A stretch of DNA of 57,777 nt from IMG/VR virus record IMGVR_UViG_3300032320_001837, positions 1 to 57,777 of that record, one strand, 5' to 3'. Under the pieces are notes generated by a model. It made no database searches and was not told the origin of the DNA. It saw nothing but the letters and a program-made list of their open reading frames with translations. The position numbers and the translations under genes were made by a program. This stretch comes from a virus. Its lineage: Duplodnaviria > Caudoviricetes. Position 1 is the stretch's first letter, and each line of letters starts with the position of its first letter. Shown here one piece after another: positions 1-10,395 of this stretch.

Positions 1-2
1 CA

Positions 3-416
3 CCAGTAACGCCACCACCACCACCACCACCACCACCGCCACCACCGCCACCACCGCCACCACCGCCACCACCAGAGCCAGAGCCTCAACCTCCCGCTCC
101 ACCTCCAGCCACATTGATTTCGTATGACGAATTAATAAATTCGCCAACAACTGTCGTTCCGGGCTATAACAATACTGATTCTCATTTCGGAATAAAAAAA
201 CATGTATCTATAGTAAATTATGAACTATTACGTGATAGTTTTCCAGAGTTATACGCAAATGACGTATCTTTTAATATATGGACTATTAGATTTGTAACCG
301 AGTGGTGGAAAGATCCTCCAGAATTAGTGGTTGTAAAGAAAAAGAAGGAAATCGATGGGGGTGGATATGAGAGATATAGATTAATAGATGGAAAATGGAC
401 CCAAGTAGATGAATAG
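3..416 (+). CDS. C-terminal part of a protein entering from the left edge, with a polyproline linker
   Basis: The frame of the 114..416 ORF is open back to base 3 and reads PVT-P21-EPEPQPPAPPPAT-LISYDEL; the TTG at 114 is probably internal. Confidence 0.75.
   Translation, partial: PVTPPPPPPPPPPPPPPPPPPPPPEPEPQPPAPPPATLISYDELINSPTTVVPGYNNTDSHFGIKKHVSIVNYELLRDSFPELYANDVSFNIWTIRFVTEWWKDPPELVVVKKKKEIDGGGYERYRLIDGKWTQVDE
12..74 (+). repeat. CCA/CCG trinucleotide repeat encoding 21 consecutive prolines
   Basis: Read directly from the sequence. Confidence 0.95.
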
Positions 417-427
417 CGAAAATAATT

Positions 428-3400
428 ATGACAAAATTTAATAAAAAGTTTCCATTAGGACAATATGGAATAGTTCCAGATTCTGGATACTTCGCACTAG
501 ATCCACAATTCAGTGGTGTTAGAAATCTTCCCGCAAACGCAGCATTTGTTTCGTCTGGTTCTTTTCCATCATCATTTTCTAACGCCACCTATGATTCATA
601 CGTACAGCAGACTTTCTTAGGAGCAACTATCTTAGATTTTTCAATATCTGCTGGATATGGAGACACAGCATCTCAATTGTCAGTTAGTGTTGTAAATGAT
701 GAATATAATAATTCTGACGGTACTCCACTTGGCAGTGGTGCTGATGTGTATCATTCTGGAAGTGGTGATAAATTCAATCCGCCGCCAATAGGCAGTCCAG
801 TATTTTTTACTTTTGGTAAGGGCAACTTAGTTCCGGTTGAAAATATATATCAGTGGCAAAGCAGTGGATTGCCATATATGGATAACTGGATGTCTAGTAT
901 GGGATTGTATTTTGAACCCCCAAATGAAAGTGGTAGATATCACTTTGCGTTTGGTGGAATATTACAAGGATGGACTCAGAATAGAAATATAAACGGTTTT
1001 ACATTCAATGTTAATGTTGTTGATCCAAGGCAAATTTTATCTAGCGTTAAATTAATACTTAATAACTACGCAGAGGGAACTTATAGAACAGAAAATTTAA
1101 TTAATGTATATGGATTTTTAGAACATAATCCTAGCACATCTCTATTAACCACACTTAGAGGTCATTATCCTGAGAGTGGTATATTAACTAAGTACTTTGT
1201 TGTTGGAGTGGATGGTCAATATACTGGTAAATTTACATATATGGGATCTCCTGTAAGCGGATTATATGATAACTATCATAAACCAAATTATCACGCAACT
1301 ATTGCTAATGGTCTACCGAGAAATTTTCCAATAACTGGTACTGGGATGTCTAGACGCTCCGCTGTAGGAATACCATTTTATAGGATTATAGACTCTATTT
1401 CTGCCCAAATGAGATTATTTGGAGATCTGCCACAAGAATATATAGATAATGGTTTTGAAGTTTTCATACGATTCCGTGGATATAATTATATTATAGATTT
1501 TGGTAGTTTACCCACAGAGTATATTCCTAGATTATATTATGTTGACTTTGAAGAAGTTTCATTACTAGATTTTATGCAGGAAATTTGTGAAATTGTTAAT
1601 CATGAATTATTTGTTTCATTACTTCCTGTTAACGGCCACCCAAGGTACCAATACATTAAAGCGTGGAACAAGCATTGCGCTGATAGTACAGATATAAACA
1701 TAAAAAATAAAATAGTGGCTGGCATTATAAGGATTGATGCTATAGATAAAACACCAGCGCAAACATATGGAAGAATTGCTGAATACATTCGTAATTTAGA
1801 TCAAGTATATAGAGACAATGGCACTTTAATAGATTGCAAAGCGACAAATTTAAGTGAAGAGGATCGCCAAAAATGTCTCGCAAAACAAACAGTGACAAGT
1901 TCTGATATCGGTTTTGAACTTACAGATGTTACAACAGAAAAATTCGTTGCTGGTGCCAATGAGGTAAATATGTATTTCTTTACTGGCAGTTGCGATAGAG
2001 ATACATATCAATCTACATCACAGAGAGCATTATTACAAGCAAGACAATACACTCACGATGAAATGATTACTCAACAAATTCTTCCATATTATGGAATGTT
2101 AGGATTTGGTGAAAATTCTGCCGTAACAATACCAAGAGGATTTGGCGCATATCAACAAATATTATTAGATGCTACATCTTTAAACGTTAATGGTGTAGGA
2201 AGTTATTACGTTGCAACAGAAATGGAATTAAGATGTGCTATTGTATCTTTTGAGAGATGGAAAGAGTTCTTGTTAATGTATAACGACGTATACATGGAAT
2301 CTGTTGAGGAAAACGATATTGTAGAAGGTGCTGCCCTTTTGGCTACACCTCAACGTGGTCAAGCGCTTAATCCAAATTTAAGTAATAATTACGCAGTTAC
2401 TGTTCCAAGATGTATATTTGAGTCTGATAGAAACTATTTAGAAATTGATGGATTACCAGCTAGTCCTTGTTCGCCACCTTACGGCTATCCATTATATTAT
2501 AAAAGAGCTATGAAAATAGGTATACCTGAAGGTGGTTTAACAAACGTAACAGCCAACTTAACACAGTTAGTAACTGACTTAGCTAAAATGAGACAAGAAG
2601 CTAGAGAAAATTTGAATAATAGTCAACAGATGCGCGGTAAAAATTGGCAACAGCAAATTACTTGGTGGAACGGCGCTTTTGATACAGCGCGTGATATTGT
2701 ATCATCGGTATCTAAAAGTACAAGATCTGATGGCGTTATTGATTCTATACAATCAAGTTTTGCTACATTTTTTAATACTATGCGGACTTTAGACGATGAT
2801 ATAAACAATAGAAACTCTCCATATCGTGAACATATAGCTTTAATAGATGATACTATGACAAGCGCATCTAAAGCTATTAGCATTATGCCAAGACTAGCTA
2901 GAAAGCAAAATGAAAACGCCAAAAAGGTATATGATTTTGTAAAAAATATAGCAGAAGAATGTTTAGGTAAAAAATTTCTAGTAAAAATACCTAAATACGC
3001 TAATTCTTTTTATCAAGATAAAGTTGAATTTTCTTCTAATAATCAAGAGTATAGAATTACTAAGGGGCCATTTGGATTTAAACCTAGATTAATGAATAGC
3101 AATTTTGAAATTAATGGTGTTAGATATAATACCTTTAACCCATTACAATCTTTAATGGCACAATGCCCACCAATGAAGAGTTATCTAACTAGTGGTACTT
3201 ATGATAATGTTCCTATTATTGGCTTATTGAAAGATGGAGCATTAAAATCTAACTATCAACCAATATCAGATACTATTGAGTTTAATTATGTTCCATCAAC
3301 AGAGGGTGGATTTTTTGATTTTGATTTATACGACAACGTATTTAAGTCTAATGAAATGTTATATATGATGAATAATTATCCAGATAAAGTACCAAGCGGG

Positions 3401-5215
3401 GTAAGAAATCTCTTAGTACCACAAGATTTAACACCGTTTATTTCTGAAAATGGCAGAGTGTCAGCTTATGTTAGATTTGATTGGAGTAACTATCTAAGCT
3501 TAGAAGGATTTTCTGCAAACGATTATACGCAACAGTCTATATCTACTGATGGATTATTACAAGGAATGATGCCAGATATAGCTAATAACTTAGATAATGT
3601 AGGTCAAGATTTATCTTTTGCTGAGACTAAGGGGCTAGAAAGTGGAGTAAATATAACCAATTGGACTTGTGCGTTTGTTAAGTGTGACCTTAGTGATAAA
3701 TTCTATATGCCACCAAAAGCAACTCGCAGACAAATCAAACGTTTTGCTAGAGAGGTAATTGATATAGGTACTTTTGCTAAACCTAGACAATTATTTAATG
3801 AAGAAACATGTGCGTATGAAAATAGTTTTTCTTACTATCTAGCAAAATACATTCCTAAACCAAACGATGTTGGTGAAATGATACCAGTAACTGATTTTAT
3901 TAAAATATATGAACCTATTTTTTCTGGTAATTTAATAGATACAAGAAAAGAAAATTTGGATTACGATAATGTATATGCTTTAATTACTTTACCCGGTCGC
4001 CCCGTACCTCTAAAAGATATGAGATTTAGAGATGCTATGTATTTTAGTCAAAATCCAGTTAAGATGAAGCACATTTTAACTCAAGACATTATAAAAGACC
4101 CTACCAATATGCTAGGACTTCAATTGCCAGCATTTGTGAAAAAACCCACTAATATACTCAAAGATTATTGTTCAGGGTTTAGTGCTAATACTTTAACACA
4201 ATCCTTTCACATGTACAAAGAAACAATGAAAGGAATGACATTTGGTTTGCCACAGAGAATGCATATTGCTGTTCCGTCGCCCGTCTATCCAGATTTAGTT
4301 TCGCTATCATTAGAGTCCAGAGAAAGATGTTACGGACCTTGGATTACAACATTAATGAATCCTGGTGACTTAACTCCACAATTGGCTCAAGAGTTTGGTC
4401 TTTCACAATATAGAAATATTGGGGGGAAGTTAGAATACATACGCGATGAGAATTTAGCACCTTGGAATTTTTTTGGTCACGACTTAATGAATGAGGCTGG
4501 TAGACTAAAAGCATCTTATGGAAATAGTCTAATGTTGCATTCTGAACGCGGTGGATTTGTTTATCCAGATGCTCCCAGTGGTATAAGTATTGGTAGAGCT
4601 TTAATGGAAAGTGGAGCATATGTAACAAGTATAGATGTAAGTGTCTCTACGGCTGGTGTACAAACAACAGTAAAACTGGATTCTTATACAGCACAATGGG
4701 GTAAATTAGACAGACAAAAAGAAATACAAATATCTCAAATAAGTCGTGAAAGACAAAAGTTAAGAGATACAAAAAACCAATTTATTAGAAGAGGAATTGG
4801 TAAGGCTCAAACTTCTGTAAATTATGGTAATATTATAGGTTCTTTAGAAAAGTCTATTAATGATTCTATGAATAGAACAAAGTATAAAATTGGCAGTATT
4901 CAAACACAAAGTCAAGATAGATATAGAACTTTACCAAACAATCCTTCTTCTACAATACAATTAAATAATCATCAATTTTATGTTGGAAATACTGACAATT
5001 TAGGTATAGTAGATGAACAACAGTTTTTCCAAGAATCTCAAAATGCTGTTATAGCACAAGAAAATCAACATGATATTATAGCAACTAGGAATCCGAATGC
5101 AAAAAATGGTGCTGTTAAAACTCAAATAGTCAATAATGAACATCGTCAATCACAATATAAAGTAGATAGTGACCTTGCTAGCGAACAAGGATGGACTACC
5201 CCAGTAATATCTTAG
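428..5215 (+). CDS. Large hypothetical protein (1595 aa), probable virion tail/baseplate component
   Basis: Long open frame; beta-rich segments with a central helical stretch; co-oriented with other large genes opposite the replication block; no enzyme motif recognised. Confidence 0.55.
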   Translation: MTKFNKKFPLGQYGIVPDSGYFALDPQFSGVRNLPANAAFVSSGSFPSSFSNATYDSYVQQTFLGATILDFSISAGYGDTASQLSVSVVNDEYNNSDGTPLGSGADVYHSGSGDKFNPPPIGSPVFFTFGKGNLVPVENIYQWQSSGLPYMDNWMSSMGLYFEPPNESGRYHFAFGGILQGWTQNRNINGFTFNVNVVDPRQILSSVKLILNNYAEGTYRTENLINVYGFLEHNPSTSLLTTLRGHYPESGILTKYFVVGVDGQYTGKFTYMGSPVSGLYDNYHKPNYHATIANGLPRNFPITGTGMSRRSAVGIPFYRIIDSISAQMRLFGDLPQEYIDNGFEVFIRFRGYNYIIDFGSLPTEYIPRLYYVDFEEVSLLDFMQEICEIVNHELFVSLLPVNGHPRYQYIKAWNKHCADSTDINIKNKIVAGIIRIDAIDKTPAQTYGRIAEYIRNLDQVYRDNGTLIDCKATNLSEEDRQKCLAKQTVTSSDIGFELTDVTTEKFVAGANEVNMYFFTGSCDRDTYQSTSQRALLQARQYTHDEMITQQILPYYGMLGFGENSAVTIPRGFGAYQQILLDATSLNVNGVGSYYVATEMELRCAIVSFERWKEFLLMYNDVYMESVEENDIVEGAALLATPQRGQALNPNLSNNYAVTVPRCIFESDRNYLEIDGLPASPCSPPYGYPLYYKRAMKIGIPEGGLTNVTANLTQLVTDLAKMRQEARENLNNSQQMRGKNWQQQITWWNGAFDTARDIVSSVSKSTRSDGVIDSIQSSFATFFNTMRTLDDDINNRNSPYREHIALIDDTMTSASKAISIMPRLARKQNENAKKVYDFVKNIAEECLGKKFLVKIPKYANSFYQDKVEFSSNNQEYRITKGPFGFKPRLMNSNFEINGVRYNTFNPLQSLMAQCPPMKSYLTSGTYDNVPIIGLLKDGALKSNYQPISDTIEFNYVPSTEGGFFDFDLYDNVFKSNEMLYMMNNYPDKVPSGVRNLLVPQDLTPFISENGRVSAYVRFDWSNYLSLEGFSANDYTQQSISTDGLLQGMMPDIANNLDNVGQDLSFAETKGLESGVNITNWTCAFVKCDLSDKFYMPPKATRRQIKRFAREVIDIGTFAKPRQLFNEETCAYENSFSYYLAKYIPKPNDVGEMIPVTDFIKIYEPIFSGNLIDTRKENLDYDNVYALITLPGRPVPLKDMRFRDAMYFSQNPVKMKHILTQDIIKDPTNMLGLQLPAFVKKPTNILKDYCSGFSANTLTQSFHMYKETMKGMTFGLPQRMHIAVPSPVYPDLVSLSLESRERCYGPWITTLMNPGDLTPQLAQEFGLSQYRNIGGKLEYIRDENLAPWNFFGHDLMNEAGRLKASYGNSLMLHSERGGFVYPDAPSGISIGRALMESGAYVTSIDVSVSTAGVQTTVKLDSYTAQWGKLDRQKEIQISQISRERQKLRDTKNQFIRRGIGKAQTSVNYGNIIGSLEKSINDSMNRTKYKIGSIQTQSQDRYRTLPNNPSSTIQLNNHQFYVGNTDNLGIVDEQQFFQESQNAVIAQENQHDIIATRNPNAKNGAVKTQIVNNEHRQSQYKVDSDLASEQGWTTPVIS

Positions 5216-5224
5216 GAACATAAA

Positions 5225-8200
5225 ATGAAAATTGGAATTCAAGCTCATGGTGAAAATGGCGCTCATTTATTTACTAATGATTCGCCAGAACTAGAATACG
5301 TTGGACTGTCTAGCTATAGCCTATATCAATTAAGTGGTATAGTTATGTCTAGCGCCGTTTTAAATCTTAAAGCTTCATCTAGAAATGTTATTTTTACAAC
5401 TTTGATGGGTGAAACAGCGGATGGTGATGCAAAATATTTAAAATTTAATAAAGATACTGGTGGATTTTCAGAAGTACAAATACCTAAAGCTAGAATAAAA
5501 AATCTTATTGAGTGGCACGAATATTTTAATGAAAATCCTAGATATATATCTACTCCAACTGGTGGATTTACTAGAACAGAAGCTAAAGATCACCTAGTTG
5601 ATATTTCTAATAGTTTATCTGGATGCTTAACATTTCTAGTTAGTGGTGCTAATATTCAGATTGATTATACTTTACCAGAAGGTAATGGTGGATGCCAAAA
5701 AGAATTTGCTACTTATATTAATTTACATTTCACTGCAAGGAATAATGACGATACTAATCAGATAGTACAGAAATTTCACTCAATGGCAGGCATACCAAGC
5801 ACTTCAGCCGGTACTACATATAGCTGGACAGGCACTCAAAAAGCTACATCTGATAATCATCCCGGCGTTTTATCTCCAGTTCAAGATGGTGGTGAAGACA
5901 ATACGGATAATATGATCGCTGCTCCTATCGCTAAATCTTATTGTTCTAATACTGGAAGGTGGGAATTTGGAACTCAGCAAATACTAGTAAAACTTTTAAC
6001 TAATGTTGATCCTGTCGAAGAAACAGTTTTAGATGCAGAAACTTTTGATAATTTATCTTTTGAAGAATTATCCAATCCCGGTTCTGCATTTTATTTAAGC
6101 AATTACAAAACAGGTTACGCATCTCCAATATACCCGCAGAATAAAAATCCTAACCTTGCAATGCCAGCATTTGTTACTAAGTCTTGCGACAATAAAAATA
6201 CAAAAGAAAAAATACAGGTTGTTAATAGAAGTACTAGACCATACGCTATTGGTGAAACCGCAAAAGCTTCATTAATATGTGGCGAGTGGTTATTATCACC
6301 ACTGTCAGAGCCAAAACCACAAGTATTTACTCCAGTTATTAATAGGTGGCGCTTTCAAAAATTTATAGTTGATTCCGACAGTTATTTTAAAAACTATGCA
6401 TACTATATGAATTTAGATTATGATGGTAAATTAAACAACCTCGAAGCAACACTTAGCAAGGACGTATCTCCAGAAACATATGAATTCAGTATGACAAGAA
6501 TGTTTTTTATAGATATGTCTACTGTTACAAGCTTTGGCGGTCCCGCTCACTTAAATACCGTCAACAACAAGACGAAAATAGCTAAAGCGAATTTAAATGC
6601 TGACAAGTCATTAGAAACATTACGATCTTGGACAGATGGTGAATGGAATGATTATACTATTCCAAATAAGCTTGAAGAATTTAATAAAGGTAGTATTATT
6701 ATACCATCAGATAGGTATTGGCAAAGTACTGCGGCAGATCAATTGGGGGATTGGATGGGTGGCAATGGTCCTTATAATATTATTGGTAGAACTAATATTG
6801 CGGTAAATAATAACCCTAGCGAGGAAGATAAAGATAGTTGGGCGTATAAGTTTAATCACTTTTGGGGACCAGTATTTAATGCTGGATATGATCCTAGTAA
6901 AATTGCTAGTATAAAAGATGGACAAGTATTTTTCAAATCTCATAAAAATAATTCTAAATATTTTAGTTCTTCTCCATCTCTATCTCTTGTATCAATACCA
7001 CCAATTAATGATAATACTGTAGAAAAAAACATACAATATGACAGCGGTAGATTTATGTTTGCTGATAGTCAAGATAGCAATTGGTCACAATTTCCAGCAG
7101 AAATGGCTCTTTTGGGTGGCCCTAATGCTAAGAATGGTGGGCCACAAGAGTGTTTTAATATAATTAGAAGTGGAATTTCACCCATATGCTCTGGCACTAG
7201 TAGTACTAGTCAAGCCAATAACTTTTATTCTTTAATGGGAACTGTTATGGGCTTGGATGCTAATGGTATTCCAGATCGTTGGGATTGGTTATATATTGAT
7301 GACGATAATGAGGACGATCCCCTCGTAAATGATCTTTATGACTTAAAACCTAATACTTTGCAGTTAACCTTCATGCCCTTATCGGCTGAAATGGTTGGTA
7401 GTTCAGATAAGTTTTCGCAAAGTTTGTTGGAAGTTACTCTTGGTAGTAGAGGCGATTTAAATCCAAGTATTAATATCTTAAGAAGATTATACATGACAGC
7501 TAGAGGTTTTGACGGCAATTTAGATTTAATTGCTGGTTTTGAGGCTGGATCTTTTTATAAATCCAAGTTTCCCTTTTTGAAAGAGGATTTCTGGTTAACT
7601 GGAACGGGTACTGATCAAACCTCAACATTACCTCATGTTTGGGGAACAAAGTTTTTCGAAAGAGAAAAGCAGCAAAATTTTAATAGCTTCAGATTAATGA
7701 AATCTTATAGTAATAGTAGTTCAGTAACAAGAATTTATGATGTTATTCCATACGATTATGCCGTGAAGCAAACTGCTGGTCATTCTGCCGGAAGTCCTGG
7801 CATTTGGTATGCAAGCAGTCTACTTAACCAAGATGACGATTTTAGGAAAACTGGCGGATCTAAGGGCAATGCTGACTGTGTTGGTGTTATATGTGCTAAA
7901 GTTAGTATGTCTTGGAATCAATCGTCTATACCAATTAAAATTTCAGAAAGATTTGGCTTAAACGGCGTGGGCGTTACATTGACACCAACTGCTAATAATA
8001 TGGTAACTTTTGGTATATTTGGACTAGTTAATCTACCAACCATTGGTCAATCAACAAGGGTAACAGAGCCACAATGGGGTAGCACAAGAGATAGCGTTGA
8101 TGGTTTGTATAGTTTTGCAACAAATGCTTTATATGCTAGAGTTTTTACACAGTGGCCTGAGAAGCAAACATTATTTGATGGTAGATATTTTGGAGTATTA

Positions 8201-9244
8201 CATTTTCTACCGGGAGCTTTAAGTGGTCACGTTAATATAGACACAGAGATAAAAGATACTGGTATTACGCCTACTGGTACTTGGACTCCTTCGGTTGGCA
8301 GAACTAGCGCTTACGCTAGCCAGAGAACAGCCACTTTGCCACCCTATCAGCGCGCAGTTGATAAAATAACATCAGCAGTAGATTTTAGAATTCCAACATA
8401 TGCCCATCCTAAAACTCCTTCCTCTGATAATATAATCTGTAGTGTCGGAACTAGTGACAGTATTGTTGATAGATGTGGCCCAGGTAGTAAAGTATTGCGC
8501 CCAGAGTCAGAGTGGCGAGTTAATCCTATTAGAAGGGGCCAGATGTTTGCTGTAGGAGCTAATACTCAGCGCGTATTTAGATATTTTAAGCGCGTAATAG
8601 GTGTTAGTAAAAATGTAACTCACTGGAAGTATGCACGTAAAGTTGATTCTAATGGAAGTACTGTTACGGGAGCTAGCGCCGATGATGGTCAAGGCAAAGA
8701 TTATTCAGTAAAAGATATAATAGGCATAACTGGTGGGGCTGGAGATGGTGCAAAAATAGAAATTACATCCGTTGACACTACTGGTAAAGTTACCGGATTT
8801 ATAGTTATTGATCAAGGAGAAGGTTATTTACCAGCCAATTTTAAGGATACTAGTTGGGATTCTGCTCTTGATAGAAAAGAAGACCCGTTAACAGTTCTTA
8901 CTTCTATAAATATAAAAGTAAGAAATGCTAAAGCTACTGGATTAAAAGTTGGACCTATTGTTGGTGAAGTCTATGATAGATTGATGGAAGATAAGGGTCC
9001 ATTAGAAGTTTGTAAAACGACAAGATTATCAACACCAAGTGCTGCTGGAGAAAATGGTATAATTCAGACAAATAGAACTACGCAACTTCCTATCAGTGCC
9101 TCAACTGGAGTCAAGCCTAATTATGATTTATTTTTTCATTATCATAATGATATAGGACATACTTTATCTGCTTGGAGAGAGTGGAGCGCACAAAAGGATA
9201 ATACTAATGGCTTGGCTCAATATTGTTCAATCAATATTGGATAA
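5225..9244 (+). CDS. Large hypothetical protein (1339 aa), probable virion structural protein
   Basis: Long ORF, G/S/T/N-rich; segment GKDYSVKDIIGITGGAGDGAKIEITSVDTTGKVTGFIVIDQGEGY resembles beta-rich modules of phage tail/baseplate proteins. Confidence 0.55.
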   Translation: MKIGIQAHGENGAHLFTNDSPELEYVGLSSYSLYQLSGIVMSSAVLNLKASSRNVIFTTLMGETADGDAKYLKFNKDTGGFSEVQIPKARIKNLIEWHEYFNENPRYISTPTGGFTRTEAKDHLVDISNSLSGCLTFLVSGANIQIDYTLPEGNGGCQKEFATYINLHFTARNNDDTNQIVQKFHSMAGIPSTSAGTTYSWTGTQKATSDNHPGVLSPVQDGGEDNTDNMIAAPIAKSYCSNTGRWEFGTQQILVKLLTNVDPVEETVLDAETFDNLSFEELSNPGSAFYLSNYKTGYASPIYPQNKNPNLAMPAFVTKSCDNKNTKEKIQVVNRSTRPYAIGETAKASLICGEWLLSPLSEPKPQVFTPVINRWRFQKFIVDSDSYFKNYAYYMNLDYDGKLNNLEATLSKDVSPETYEFSMTRMFFIDMSTVTSFGGPAHLNTVNNKTKIAKANLNADKSLETLRSWTDGEWNDYTIPNKLEEFNKGSIIIPSDRYWQSTAADQLGDWMGGNGPYNIIGRTNIAVNNNPSEEDKDSWAYKFNHFWGPVFNAGYDPSKIASIKDGQVFFKSHKNNSKYFSSSPSLSLVSIPPINDNTVEKNIQYDSGRFMFADSQDSNWSQFPAEMALLGGPNAKNGGPQECFNIIRSGISPICSGTSSTSQANNFYSLMGTVMGLDANGIPDRWDWLYIDDDNEDDPLVNDLYDLKPNTLQLTFMPLSAEMVGSSDKFSQSLLEVTLGSRGDLNPSINILRRLYMTARGFDGNLDLIAGFEAGSFYKSKFPFLKEDFWLTGTGTDQTSTLPHVWGTKFFEREKQQNFNSFRLMKSYSNSSSVTRIYDVIPYDYAVKQTAGHSAGSPGIWYASSLLNQDDDFRKTGGSKGNADCVGVICAKVSMSWNQSSIPIKISERFGLNGVGVTLTPTANNMVTFGIFGLVNLPTIGQSTRVTEPQWGSTRDSVDGLYSFATNALYARVFTQWPEKQTLFDGRYFGVLHFLPGALSGHVNIDTEIKDTGITPTGTWTPSVGRTSAYASQRTATLPPYQRAVDKITSAVDFRIPTYAHPKTPSSDNIICSVGTSDSIVDRCGPGSKVLRPESEWRVNPIRRGQMFAVGANTQRVFRYFKRVIGVSKNVTHWKYARKVDSNGSTVTGASADDGQGKDYSVKDIIGITGGAGDGAKIEITSVDTTGKVTGFIVIDQGEGYLPANFKDTSWDSALDRKEDPLTVLTSINIKVRNAKATGLKVGPIVGEVYDRLMEDKGPLEVCKTTRLSTPSAAGENGIIQTNRTTQLPISASTGVKPNYDLFFHYHNDIGHTLSAWREWSAQKDNTNGLAQYCSINIG

Positions 9245-9255
9245 TGTGTATAATA
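9244..9255 (+). promoter_or_regulatory. Putative phage promoter motif ATGTGTATAATA
   Basis: Intergenic, upstream of an AGGAG RBS; the identical 12-mer recurs at 29501-29512 on the - strand. Confidence 0.5.
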
Positions 9256-9286
9256 CAATGTATTTTACGTACAAAGGAGACAAATT

Positions 9287-10006
9287 ATGGCTGAAATATT
9301 GTTTTTTGCTAATGAAGTAGGATCAAATGGAGACTATCAGATAGCCCACACGGCTGGCTCTGGACTTGGATTCTACGGCTTGACATATGGCGCATCTGTA
9401 CCAATTGGTAATCAACAATCTACAACATTCGTTACTAATTCTAATGGTACATCAACAGAGAGAATAGAGCTAAACAATACTGCTAAAGTTTCTGTGGGTA
9501 ATACAACTACTCCCGGCCGCGTTGTAATAAATAGATCTTCTGAAGTAGCTTTAAATAATCTTCCAAACAATAAATGTCCTCTAAATGTTAGATTTGTGCA
9601 TAATGAGTCTGTTAGAGTACAAAATTGTAAGTTAAGAATATTCGATAGAAACAATATTAATAGTCATGCTTCTGGCGTAACAACATACGTATACGAAGCC
9701 AGACATCCATCCCCAGATCAAGGCGTGAATAATCTTGCATATCGCGGAAGAACAGCAAATACGTGGGTTGAATTTGACCCAACTGATGGTGGATCTCCAG
9801 TAGATATGTTATTTACAGATTCTCCAGGCATGAGTGGTAAAAATACTTCTCCCCAAGATACAAATATATCGTTAGGATATACAACTACTCAGGGTGCTGC
9901 CCATTCTTCACTTAGGCATGATTGGTATTTAGCCCTAAGTTCTGAGCCACAAAGCATAGGAAGTAAAACAAATTACGGACTCTATTTCACCGTAGAGTAT
10001 CTATAA
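9287..10006 (+). CDS. Hypothetical beta-rich protein (239 aa), probable virion protein
   Basis: AGGAG RBS upstream; last gene of the + strand block. Confidence 0.6.
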   Translation: MAEILFFANEVGSNGDYQIAHTAGSGLGFYGLTYGASVPIGNQQSTTFVTNSNGTSTERIELNNTAKVSVGNTTTPGRVVINRSSEVALNNLPNNKCPLNVRFVHNESVRVQNCKLRIFDRNNINSHASGVTTYVYEARHPSPDQGVNNLAYRGRTANTWVEFDPTDGGSPVDMLFTDSPGMSGKNTSPQDTNISLGYTTTQGAAHSSLRHDWYLALSSEPQSIGSKTNYGLYFTVEYL

Positions 10007-10009
10007 AAA

Positions 10010-10041
10010 TACTCGTAGCAAAATTTCTTCTGCTACGAGTA
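10010..10041. terminator. Hairpin between convergent transcription units, likely terminator
   Basis: TACTCGTAGCA-N10-TGCTACGAGTA perfect 11 bp inverted repeat; AAAAA to its left gives a U-tract on the - strand. Confidence 0.75.
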
Positions 10042-10059
10042 CCAAACTAACAACAACGA

Positions 10060-10395
10060 TCACTCTGATTGTTCAGTCTTTGGGTTCCACTTAACCCATC
10101 CATTGTCAGGTAGCCACTTGCCCTCAGAGTCTTTTCTCTTTGGGAAAAGTCCTCCACCCTTCTTATTTACCCCAAATGACAATCTAGCTCCGCAGTCTAA
10201 ACATCGTAGTTCATAGTATAGATTATCATCTACAGTCCTAACTACAAACCTTAGATTTTCAGAACTACACTTTCCGCAGACGCTCTCATCAAATACTTCT
10301 TGAAATTTAGATAGTGACTCAAAAACATCTTTTTGTGATTCACCCTCAATTTCTACCTTAAGCCTATTATTCTTTGTAGTATATGTAACTTTCAT
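10060..10395 (-). CDS. Hypothetical zinc-ribbon protein
   Basis: CGKC and CLDC motifs; ATG at 10395 overlaps the upstream stop (ATGA). Confidence 0.65.
   Translation of the reverse strand: MKVTYTTKNNRLKVEIEGESQKDVFESLSKFQEVFDESVCGKCSSENLRFVVRTVDDNLYYELRCLDCGARLSFGVNKKGGGLFPKRKDSEGKWLPDNGWVKWNPKTEQSE

Noticed and set aside
114-416. Stand-alone 100 aa gene starting at TTG 114
   Set aside because: The frame is open to the window edge with no RBS before 114; it is the tail of a longer gene
286-9654. Short - strand ORFs inside the large + strand genes
   Set aside because: Fully antisense to long coding frames, with no RBS or motifs; expected shadow ORFs
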